A stretch of DNA of 62,959 nt, counting the filler, from Octopus bimaculoides (Eukaryota): NCBI RefSeq assembly GCF_001194135.2. It is 7 parts of 7 records of this genome, joined end to end, with 100 filler letters (N's around TTAATTAATTAA, not from the genome) between each part and the next. Parts side by side here need not be neighbours in the genome. Positions count along the whole stretch, not along the records: positions 50,831 to 53,543 come from NW_026366275.1; positions 53,644 to 62,959 come from NC_068992.1; 5 more parts are not named here. One strand, 5' to 3'. Under the pieces are notes generated by a model. The model saw only the letters and a program-made list of their open reading frames with translations. It made no database searches and was not told the origin of the DNA. Positions 51,935 to 62,959 of this stretch are shown piece by piece (positions within the stretch are counted from its first letter, which is position 1; every line of letters begins with the position of its first letter). The translations under genes and the position numbers were made by a program.

Positions 51935-52345
51935 GAGGGCGTTTCTCTGTGTCAGGTGTGTGTGAGCGTTAAGATAATAATACGTGCAGCCCAGTCGGAA
52001 CTAATGGTGACTCTATATAACTAGACATGTGTACCAATGGATCTTCCTTTCAAAACAGTCAACCAAGCAAAGCAGTTTCCAGTTTCCCCTTTTCAAGTGT
52101 TAGACGTCTGAAGATAAGATAAGATAATATTTATGTATCTATATTAAATGAGAAGGTGCGTAAAATAAAGCAAAAAAACATACAAAAGCAAAATAACAAC
52201 AAAACAAAAAAAACAAAAAAAAAAAAACAAAAAAAAAANNNNNNNNNNAAAAAAAAAAAAAAAAAAAAAAAAAACAAATAGAAGAAATAGTTGAGAGAAG
52301 AGTAGGACAGGTGAGAATCACATCTGGTGAACGGCCAAGTCGATT

Positions 52346-52347
52346 AC

Positions 52348-52413
<66 letters not shown>

Positions 52414-52433
52414 CATTATTATTATTATTATTA

Positions 52434-52512
<79 letters not shown>

Positions 52513-52564
52513 CATCATCATCATCATCATCGTCGTCGTCGTCGTCGTTATTATTATTATTATT
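52346..52564. repeat. (TAT)n/(CAT)n/(CGT)n tract
   Basis: Directly visible. Confidence 0.97.
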
Positions 52565-52869
52565 NNNNNNNNNNNNNNNNNNNNNNNNNNNNNNNNNNNN
52601 NNNNNNNNNNNNNNNNNNNNNNNNNNNNNNNNNNNNNNNNNNNNNNNNNNNNNNNNNNNNNNNNNNNNNNNNNNNNNNNNNNNNNNNNNNNNNNNNNNNN
52701 NNNNNNNNNNNNNNNNNNNNNNNNNNNNNNNNNNNNNNNNNNNNNNNNNNNNNNNNNNNNNNNNNNNNNNNNNNNNNNNNNNNNNNNNNNNNNNNNNNNN
52801 NNNNNNNNNNNNNNNNNNNNNNNNNNNNNNNNNNNNNNNNNNNNNNNNNNNNNNNNNNNNNNNNNNNNN

Positions 52870-53240
52870 TCTGCAAGTACTCCACCCTTATTGCAGCCCC
52901 TATTTGTTCCACGTACTTCTCAAGATTTTTGCTCACTGTTCCCAGGGCTCTGACAATTATTGGTACTACTACCACCTTCTTCATCGATCACAACTTCTTT
53001 ACCTCCCAAGCTAACCTGTCAAATCTCTCGACTTTTCTTTCTTCCTTATTGCATACCTTGTTGTCTGCTGGGCATGCTATATCTAAGATCCAGCATAGTT
53101 TGTTTTCTTTCTCAATTAACACAATTAACACAATGTCTGGCTTCCTATTCTCTATCTCATGGTCGCACTGAATCATAAAACCTCACAGGATCTTTGCATT
53201 ATCATTTTCGATGATGACTTCGGGTTTGCGGTCGTACCAA
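52870..53240 (-). mobile_element. RLE-type (R4/Dong-like) LINE endonuclease remnant
   Basis: WYDRKPEVIIENDNAKIL*GFMIQCDHEIENRKPDIV..ILDIACPAD..KEERKVERF..VVPIIVRALGTV; (TAA)n tracts on both sides. Confidence 0.88.
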
Positions 53241-53254
53241 TCATTATTATTATT

Positions 53255-53285
<31 letters not shown>

Positions 53286-53501
53286 TGTACTACTGGTCAA
53301 CTAACGTTTCCTATCCGATTTATAACCTTATAAGTTTAGACGTGGCCCCGCTGCAGCACAGTGCGTTTGAGTGTTCTGGTTTGGTCTTTTACACTGAATG
53401 AGGTTATGGAATAAACGTAATTTCTGGAGACGCCGTTCATTCATTTCTTCTGATGATTCAAGGACTGCCGTGAAGAAGCTGGATAAGCAATAGTAAAAGT
53501 G

Positions 53502-53543
<42 letters not shown>

Positions 53544-54020
53544 NNNNNNNNNNNNNNNNNNNNNNNNNNNNNNNNNNNNNNNNNNNNTTAATTAATTAAN
53601 NNNNNNNNNNNNNNNNNNNNNNNNNNNNNNNNNNNNNNNNNNNCTACATTCAATACTTTCTTTCATGGTGCCATCCATTTTTATTTTATTTTATTTTATA
53701 TTGTATATTGTATATCATATTATATATTGTATATTCCATATTCTATACCCCACATTAGTTCTGCAGGAATATAAATAAAACATAAAAAACAGACAGTGTT
53801 GGAACTCTTTTAAACAAAATAATATATTCCTCTATACACAATCATACAAAAACCCCCACCTTTTTTGTATTTATTTTTACTCGCATATATATATATATAT
53901 ATATTTTTTTTTTTTTTCATTTCAAAGTTTCAGCTCAGAGCTGCGGCCATGCTGATGCACCACCGTGTAAAATATATATATATATAAGTATGTATGTATG
54001 TATATATATACATAAAAACG

Positions 54021-54051
<31 letters not shown>

Positions 54052-55108
54052 AGGTTACAAAGGAATAAACGACGATCTTATGCACTCCATTAGCTTACAG
54101 CCGTTTCTGCTATGCTACGTATGGGACTCATCTTCACATTATGCATATATATACATGTAAACACAAAGATAAAAGTATACATACATATACATAGTTCTAT
54201 CATTTAGATAAAAAGAAAGATACAAACATATACTTTTAGATAGAGCTATTGACAGGCGGACACATGCGTGCGCGTGCATGTGTGTGTGCGTGCATGTGTG
54301 TGTGGATGTGTACGTATGCTTGTGTGCGCGTGTGTGTGCATGCGTGTGTGTATTTATATGTATATATCCATTTCTATAAAACATTTTTCTATTTGCTATA
54401 GATATACGTTCCAATAAACTTTATAGTACTGTATCATGGCAACATTGCAATTTGATATTTGCTTAATTCACCGATGTTTTAACACTACATATTCTGTAGT
54501 TGCTTCTCTATCAACGTATATAAAATACAACAACACTAGACTAGTTTATATCAGTATTTATGAAATATGATTATCGTCTCTCGATATCGCCAATGCATAA
54601 CTTTGCCTAATTTCAGTTAGTCTCTACGTTAATTGTCGATGTTTGTACGTCGACTTTTATCGTATAAACGATTAATGTTTTTATAGCGCTTCATAGAAAT
54701 GAAAGAATCCGTTAATTAACATTTATAGCAGCTAATGTTCTCCGATATTAAACATTTGTATGAAATACCCGTTTTGCTCAATTCGCAATGAAAATAGGTT
54801 ACCCAAACTTCGGCTGCATGTCAGTAAAGGGAAATAATGAAACAGCAATATATTTTAACCAATAATACGGTTTCTTCGAACGATTTTTATGTGTTCTTCA
54901 TAGGAGTAAAAACAAATTACTCTTTGAATGACTGTTTTGCTGGAGAATGAAATTGAGAAATGTTCAAAATGTCTTCAGTAGGAATGCAGCTCACAATGGA
55001 ATACTAGCCGAGAGTTTTATAGAGTTTTAATATCTTCATTTTGGGGAGATGTTATCTAAGCCGGCAGACCAAGAGATTTCTACAGTTTCAATTTCGTTGC
55101 TGTTGTGA

Positions 55109-55155
<47 letters not shown>

Positions 55156-55466
55156 TATGTTTCATGCATATAAACATGTTCGTTGGTATATTTAAACGCC
55201 CAGTGCTTGATTTCCTAAGGCAGACTTTAATTCGAGCTATAAACGCGTAACTCAGGACAGAGTAACCAGAAGAAGATATATCAGTTGAGGAATCTCCTTT
55301 AATAGTCGAAAGTATCACAAACCCAATGTCAGCATATGGCAAACGATCCCATAAGCTGCCGCCAAACAATGTACAAAGGAAAGACTATCTCAAACAAACA
55401 GAAAATAACTGGTCCGCGCTGCCCAACTCTAGTATTAACCGTTCACCATATATAGATACGTGCGTG

Positions 55467-55505
<39 letters not shown>

Positions 55506-56576
55506 CAAATATACAAAGACATGCAAATTCAGAACCAAATAACAAATACACATGCTCTTCATTCTCGGATGACACCATGAAGAAACTCATCACCGGCAAC
55601 GACTAGCCACCTAAGAAGATGCGTCAGGTCGAAAAGAAAGTATTTGTTTCTGCTTTTTTTTATATTACTAAAAGCCCACATAGTGTTTACGGTGTGCTGT
55701 CATTACAACATTTGAGTTTGATACTAATTTAATAGAGCGATATAGAAGCTTTATTGCATATTCCGCAGTTGTTTTACTCCTATCTTATATGAAATACAAA
55801 TAAGAATAACCAACGTCCTTATTCATCAAATATATCTTCTCCTGAGAGCATTAAAGAATAACTTTGACGCATTTTCGTTACAGTGTATAACCACTGTATA
55901 TGATATTTGGTGGCGTTTGTGCGTCGATTTTCATGCTATAACCTAAACGTTATCGTTTTTTATTACGCTCCACAGACTAAAAGCAATCAACTAATCGAAT
56001 TTGTAGCAGCTAATTTTCCCCGATATTAATAATTTACACGTAATACCCTTCTTGCGGTAATTCGCAATGATAAATGTGTAACCCTAGCATGTACTGCCGC
56101 GATGAAAGCCAACAGAAGGTAATAATGAAATAGGAAATTAGTTTGACTAATAATATAATTTTCTTCGGGCGTTTTTTATGTATTTTTCACGGCAAGCAAA
56201 ATCACTATTTCAGCAACTAATTGTTTTGGTTGAAAGTCAAAACAGCTGAATGGATTCTGAACCAAGACTTCAAAGTTAAATGGGAAAACGTTCATTTTAT
56301 AAAAAAAAAAAAAGTCTAATCTTAAGTAAATATAAATGGAATGGAACGAAATCTGTCCGTGCATAAATGTAATATATATTGGTATGTATTTGTATGTGAG
56401 GGAAAGAGTAATAGTTTCTATGTACATACGTATATAATATATATATGTGTGTGTGTATCAGTGTGTGCATACACATGCGCTTGCATGCACATAATGCACA
56501 TATATATACATATGGATATCTTCTTTGTGTGTGTGAGAGTGTGTATGTATGTATATATATATGCATATACATATAA

Positions 56577-56663
<87 letters not shown>

Positions 56664-59600
56664 TATAGATATATTTATACATATATATATATAGATATAT
56701 TTATACATATATATATATAAATATTTATTTATATATATATATATATATATANNNNNNNNNNCATATTGGTTGATATAAAGCATAACATTAAGTATAAAAC
56801 CAAACTATTCCAGTTGTGAATTCCGAAAGAAACACCTGAAAATTCTCAACATCAAAGTCCTCGGCAAATTCGATTTTGATGTTGTAAGTACGAAAATGGG
56901 ACTATAAATCTCTAAAATATTCGTCTCACCGATCATTTATGCATTTCCGTGCAGAATTTATGAGTGGGCACAATAGATCTGAATATACCTAGAGCAATAA
57001 TATGAACTACATAATGTAAATTGAATAGAAATGAAAATCAAACAACAAATATTTAAATAATAGACAAAATTGTGTTTCTGAGAGATAAAACCATATAAAG
57101 ATACGTAACCCATGGTTTGTTTTATATCAGCTACGCATCTCTGAAAATCGTTACATTCATGCTGTTGTTTTTGTATTCTGATGATGAATGGAAATCTATG
57201 GACAGCATCTCTATATTTTTGCTCCACAGAAACATGTTTATGTGACATGGAAGAACGCTGCTTCTTTATATATATATTACTTGATTGAATTACAGTTCCT
57301 CCGTTTACGTTGTACTGTTTGCATTATTACTCTAGATTTCTTTATGTGTATTGAGACCTCTTGTAGATTTTCAAAGGAAATACGTCGTTGATGTTGATAT
57401 GTGTAGCAAACATGTGTACGCTATCTATTTTTGTGTGTATGTGTGTATGAGTCTTTGTACGTGTGTGAGCGCATGTTTGTAGGCATATGTTATATGGACG
57501 AAGACTCTATCTCTCTTCCTATGTATATGTATGTCTATATATGTGTGTGCGTGTGTGTGTGTGTATACAGATGTATGCATGTATTATATAGACATATGTA
57601 TATAGCTGTTAGACATATAAACTTGGGTAAAGGAGAGCATTAAGAGAAAACGTCTTCTATTACCAATGCTTCTACAGAAATATACTGATAACGATTCTCA
57701 ATTTACTTGCCGTTGTTGTTTTGTTATTGCTGTTTAGTCCAAGCTTAGCTCAGATCGAAAAGACATATGATCAAATGCGTTTCGAATGTATCCATCTCCC
57801 TAATTTTCTTCCGTGACCTATTCGCATAAATTCTGAATGCAGTAAGGAGCGTTACGGAGGCGAAGCTACACTTTCCTGTACATCATACTACTACATGTTA
57901 CTCCTGCGTTGTATCGAACGATTTTGTGTTGGTTCTTTCGTCAAAAGAAGTGATATTGCATAACCCCCAACCCCGCTGTCTCTAGTATTATGAAGCAAGA
58001 GATAATTTTGTTTTTGTTTGTAGCCGAGCAAATGAACGGACAGAGATTCCCTCTTTGGATGAAGGGATGGAGTAATAGACCCCTTGTTTCTCAGATGCTC
58101 GCTTGGGTTTAACATAACATGCAAGTCATCGTTTAGAATCTCACTGTTCACTGTACAAATGATCTATTATCGTTAGACATGAGTCAGCGTACAAACTGTT
58201 CGCTGAAACTATAAAATAATCAACATCATTGGTTTTTGTTAGATTCATCGGCCAGGGTTCTTCGCGCTGAAGAAACGCCAGTGTCGCACACTTATGAAGG
58301 GAGCTGTTGTGAACATATAGTCGTTGTAAAAGATAAGCTCTTTTGTGCCGAACACAACAACGATTAGTATATTTGCGTTCGAATCTACTGGAACGTATTA
58401 AGAATAAACAAACCAGCCATCGTCATCATTAGCTACAACGCTATCTTTCTTTCAGAATGAATTTACATTGTACATAGATTATCAAAACTACTCAAATTAA
58501 TGTGTAGGCTTAAGCAAACTGAAGATAGATCTAACATTTAATTTATATCACAATTAATTTCATGTTTATTAGCAATAGCTAATTATTATAAATGAATTGG
58601 CTATGAAAGTAACTTCATTAACGAGGAGGTTATTTCTTGCTTGAATAGAAACTGTTACCCGAGTGACACTTTCTGTACCGAATAACATATGAATAAAAGA
58701 AAATCTCTAAATATTTTCAAACACTATTGATTGCTGAAATGTTTCTTTACTAGTGCTATTCATTGAGCATTTGGCATCATCTCTTCATGCTTAATGTACT
58801 AAAGAATCATTTGAACATCGATCTGAAGAAATTTGTTGGTATGCATTATACAATTCCCGCTAGCATCTCCACTGGCACTACCACTAATATTAATTGAATC
58901 TAGTTTAATAGTTTCAACTTAATTACAAACGAGAAGTTTAAATTATCTAATTATTAATTGTTGTTTCTTTAATAATGCAGTTTCTCTAAATTCTCACATG
59001 ACGGAAAATTGAATTGTTTGATCATGAAACACTACTATTGACGCAACACACTACCTCTAGCGAATAAGATCTGCACTAACAAACCCCTAATAAAATAAGA
59101 ATTAGACAACCCCAAAGGGGTTGCTTGGCCAACAAAGAAATGACGTAGAGGAAGATGGTAGGAAAAATTAGATTTGCTGGTGAACAAGAGGGATTGGAAA
59201 AGGAGTCTGTATGCACTAATGGCCTCTCTACGGTATGTATTTTTAATTGATTGACGTTTAATAATATGATACATATTATTAAACTAACCCGAGCAATACG
59301 TCTGAGACAACCCATATTATTAACGTGCAAATTCTTCTCAACAGCGTTGCTTCAAACACTGCAATGAAAGGCGCCTCTACGGAGTTTTTCGACCTGCTAG
59401 AAATAGAAGCAACATAACACAACACCCTCTTATTTCACCCTACCGATTTAAGAAAGAAGACATTCAATATTGTAATTCTTGATAGATAGTGATATGCGAC
59501 AAGGACGACAAGATAACGACTGGACCAACTTTGGTAATACATGCGGTTCGTTGATGCTGGCATGGAGCTAGAGTGCAGCAACAAAAACAGAACTGGAATA

Positions 59601-61064
59601 TGCTAAAAAGACTAGTACAGAGAGATAACAGGGTAACGCCGTTATTAGAATGTTGAGAGGAGGTGTCAGAGAAAAACAGGGATACTATGCAAAGAGAAGT
59701 TAAGCTAAGTTAGAAGGAATGAAGGTCAGGAGGAAAGAACAGGAGGAAGTGACAGTTCAGAAATTACCGACATTCCCTCTCACTAACGTTACTAACGGTG
59801 TCAATTTGTTGTCTCTCTGTACTGGACCACAACTATGTTGCCTGAGATACATTAAAATCTTATTCTAGGGAAATATTAACTTTTAGATGTGATCGCCGAG
59901 AAAACGATGGCAGAATCTGTTGAGCATTTAGTATTAGTTAATTAGTTATGTTAGTTAAAGATCTTGTTTTATATTCAACCGGAGTTGATTCTTCACAGCA
60001 GCAATCTGATACATACATGCATACATACATACATACATACACACGCATACATACATATATGTGTATATNNNNNNNNNNNNNNNNNNNNNNNNNNNNNNNN
60101 NNNNNNNNNNNNNNNNNNNNNNNNNNNNNNNNNNNNNNNNNNNNNNNNNNNNNNNNNNNNNNNNNNNNNNNNNNNNNNNNNNNNNNNNNNNNNNNNNNNN
60201 NNNNNNNNNNNNNNNATATATATATATATATATATACACACATAGATAGATGGATAGATATATTACATCATACCTTGATACTGTGTGGACTAAGATCCCT
60301 GTTGACAGGCCACTGGTATTTATAGAGTGTTAAACATTTTCAGTATGCAAATTAGAAACCCCTTCATAGAGTAACTGCTGCATTTATTGAGTATATAAAC
60401 AGTTTGACTGCTTGTTTCTCCGGAGACTGTCAGAATGATGAGGACGCTTCTGATGACATCCCTACTGACGGTGTCAGTTTGTTGTCACTATATACTGCAT
60501 CAGGACTATGTTTCTTGAGATACACTAAAATCTTAAGGTTGTTCGTAATTTTTCTTCAGTCTGAAGAAACTGGCCAAACTTTGCCCTGTTTATAAATACA
60601 CCATATGAGAATGTTCCATTATGTATGTCTAAAGGTCATTTAAAATTCAGATTTCATTTTCTTTTATTTCTTACCTCATTATTTATAATTATGGAATGGA
60701 TCTCCATCGGTTTCGATTATGAGAATGCAGTTATTCGATCGTTACCTGCTTTATTCAATTTACCTGCTCATTGAAATTGAATGACTGAAAGTTCCACAGC
60801 CACCTGTGTACTTGGGGCAGAAAAATCTGTTAGAATGAAGAATCGTTTACTTATAGAAGTAATTTGTCCATTAAACTTCCACACAGTTTCCATCATCGTC
60901 ATTTAAAGACAATGCTCAGGAAGACCCGAAACTTTGGCAGGAGGCACCTGACCAAAATCATGTGCAGAGAGATCGAACTCGAATTTACTTGACTGCAAAG
61001 CGAGCTCCTTAACCATTCGGTTATTTATAATTATATATTCACATCCATTGCTTTGTCGTGTAGA

Positions 61065-61415
61065 AGCTCACCTTGCCACCGTGTAGTCTCAGTTTCAGTC
61101 CTACAATAAGGCACCTTTGGCAAGTTTCCTCTGCCATAAATTCAGGCCTTCTGGGTGAATTCAGTAGTCAGAAAATATGCGGAAATCCGTCGCATATAAA
61201 TGCGTGTATGTCTTTGCGTCTGTATTGGATCCCCTCCCCTTCACTTGACAACCGGTGCTGGTTTGCTTACGACTCCGTAATTTAATGGTTCGGTAAATGA
61301 TGCCGTTAGAATAAGTACCAAATTTTAAAGAAATATGTTCTGGGGTCGATTTTTTTGACTGAATCATTTAAGGTGGTATTTGCAAGGCCGCAATCCAATG
61401 ACTGAAATAAGTAAG
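61065..61415 (+). mobile_element. Old, diverged SINE family B copy
   Basis: CACCTTTGGCAAGTTTCCTCTG, CTTGACAACCGGTGCTGG, AGAATAAGTACC, AATGACTGAAATAAGTAAG. Confidence 0.55.
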
Positions 61416-61759
61416 TGGCAAATATTAAAAGATAATAGATGTAATTCATTTAGTCAAGGACTTCACAAAATATTATTTCATACGATCTTATTACATTCTA
61501 CTTCGTAGCATGTTTCCTAAAGGACCTGCCATTGCAACTATAGAAGCCAAGATGGGAAACTACAAAGTCATTTCGAATAATTTAACTTGAGATACAATTT
61601 CTTTTGAAAATAAGTGAGAGCAGTCATGACTGAAATATGTTTGATCATAACCCTGCTGAATCACTACGAAAGTACAACAGCAATAACACAATAGTAATGA
61701 TGTAATAATGTTAAGACTTATGTTGTCAGGGTTACAACTAGCATAACCTTCGCAATTCC

Positions 61760-62260
61760 GATAGAATGTCACTGTTATAAGACATAGCGCAGTCAGACTT
61801 ACAATGAACATAAACTTGGCAGCTAATGTATAATGTCAGTTTGAGGACTTGTTTTATGTCGCAATCATATTCACAATAAAACAGTAAAAGCACTAATCTT
61901 AACGGTTGTGATACGAGGTCACAGTTTTCAGACGCATCGTATGTAAGAGACAAAGTTAGAATAAACAGTAAAACCAGTTTATTTCGTGATTTTGGTACAA
62001 GGTCACAGTTCTCATAACTTATATTGCGGTCGCATCTAACGTACACAATAAGAACACTAACTTTGGTGCCTACGATTAAAAGGTAAAAAGTCGTAGGTTT
62101 AAGACTCGTCCTAAGAAGTAGACAAAGTTGCACTAAATAGTATAAGGAATTACATTTCATGGCTTCGGTACAAGGTCACAGTTTTTGACTTTTCTCATGT
62201 TACGTTAAATCTTACATTAAGCAGTAAGAAAATTACAGTAGCTACAATGCAAGGTTAAAG
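61760..62260. repeat. Degenerate ~84-87-bp tandem array
   Basis: GGTACAAGGTCACAGTT exact at 61994-62010 and 62167-62183; variants at 61910-61926, ~62082 and ~61760. Confidence 0.6.
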
Positions 62261-62959
62261 CTTTAAAGACTCAAATTATGCCACAGACAGATTTACAATA
62301 AACAGTAATAAGATTAATGCGTTAGCGCAAACGTAATAAATTTATATCGGACATTATTCATCAGACGTCATGCAACATAACAGAATACAGCAGCAACAAG
62401 AAGCAGCAACGAGATACACATAAATGGCACGAAGAAAGATTAAAGAAACTAAAAGGATTAAAAGAATAAAAAAAATGACAAAGCAAGAAATTATAAAAAG
62501 ATGAAAAAGAAAACAAACGTCTCCAACAATTTCACGAAAAAGCAGACGATAATATTCTGACGTATTCATTCCATTTTCCCAGCATGACATTAGTTATGTT
62601 GTATTCTCTGCGGCATCACTACAAAATGATTAGTTGAAAAGTTTGGAATCATGCAAATACTTCTGTGTAGAGTGCTATTGTATTTCCCCTTTTGTGATTC
62701 CGTGCGGGGTGGTTATACAGCCGGTACAGGTGAATACGTGTGTGTGTGTGTCTGTCTGTCTGAATCTGTGCGAGAGAGAGAGTGTGAACTAGACGATGTG
62801 TATATGTGCAGTTATATATAAGACGGTGCCGAGGCATAGCCGCAGTCCAATGAACAAAGCGAGTAAGAGCGGTAAAGAGTGTATGTGGCTGCGACTGGAT
62901 TTGTGTATCGGTTTATACATAAATTTAAATGTGTTTTGAATACGTATATATATATATAT

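Noticed and set aside
58022-58380. Two good acceptors followed by 28-40 open codons
   Set aside because: No convincing donors and no recognisable domain.
61738-62160. C2H2 zinc-finger array suggested by the 84-bp period
   Set aside because: No C-x2-C...H-x3-H pattern or TGEKP linker in the frames I translated.

Overview
AT-rich, gap-riddled, microsatellite-dense eukaryotic DNA. The SINE/LINE families look like octopus (coleoid cephalopod) repeats; this is recognition from memory, not a database result. Only one host-gene exon is convincing: a 71-nt EGF-like exon at 19416-19486 (+). The rest is decayed mobile DNA: RTE, CR1, L1/Tx1 and R4/Dong-type LINE fragments, Penelope-like elements (PLEs) with GIY-YIG remnants, mariner fragments, possible Helitron ends and at least three tRNA-derived SINE families. 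I see no intact novel protein-coding system. The best leads are RNA-structure signals: (1) several hammerhead-ribozyme motifs near PLE remnants, including one complete minimal motif and a head-to-head palindromic pair; (2) tandem ~66-bp units in an RTE 3' UTR that each fold into a hairpin plus a predicted H-type pseudoknot with compensatory changes; (3) a 41-nt 3' tail shared between a SINE family and a Tx1-type L1, suggesting a SINE-LINE partnership. Most long ORFs in the supplied track are artefacts of N runs and simple repeats. Six gaps carry an artificial TTAATTAATTAA spacer, so distance and possibly order across them are uncertain. TE boundaries are approximate unless stated as exact.
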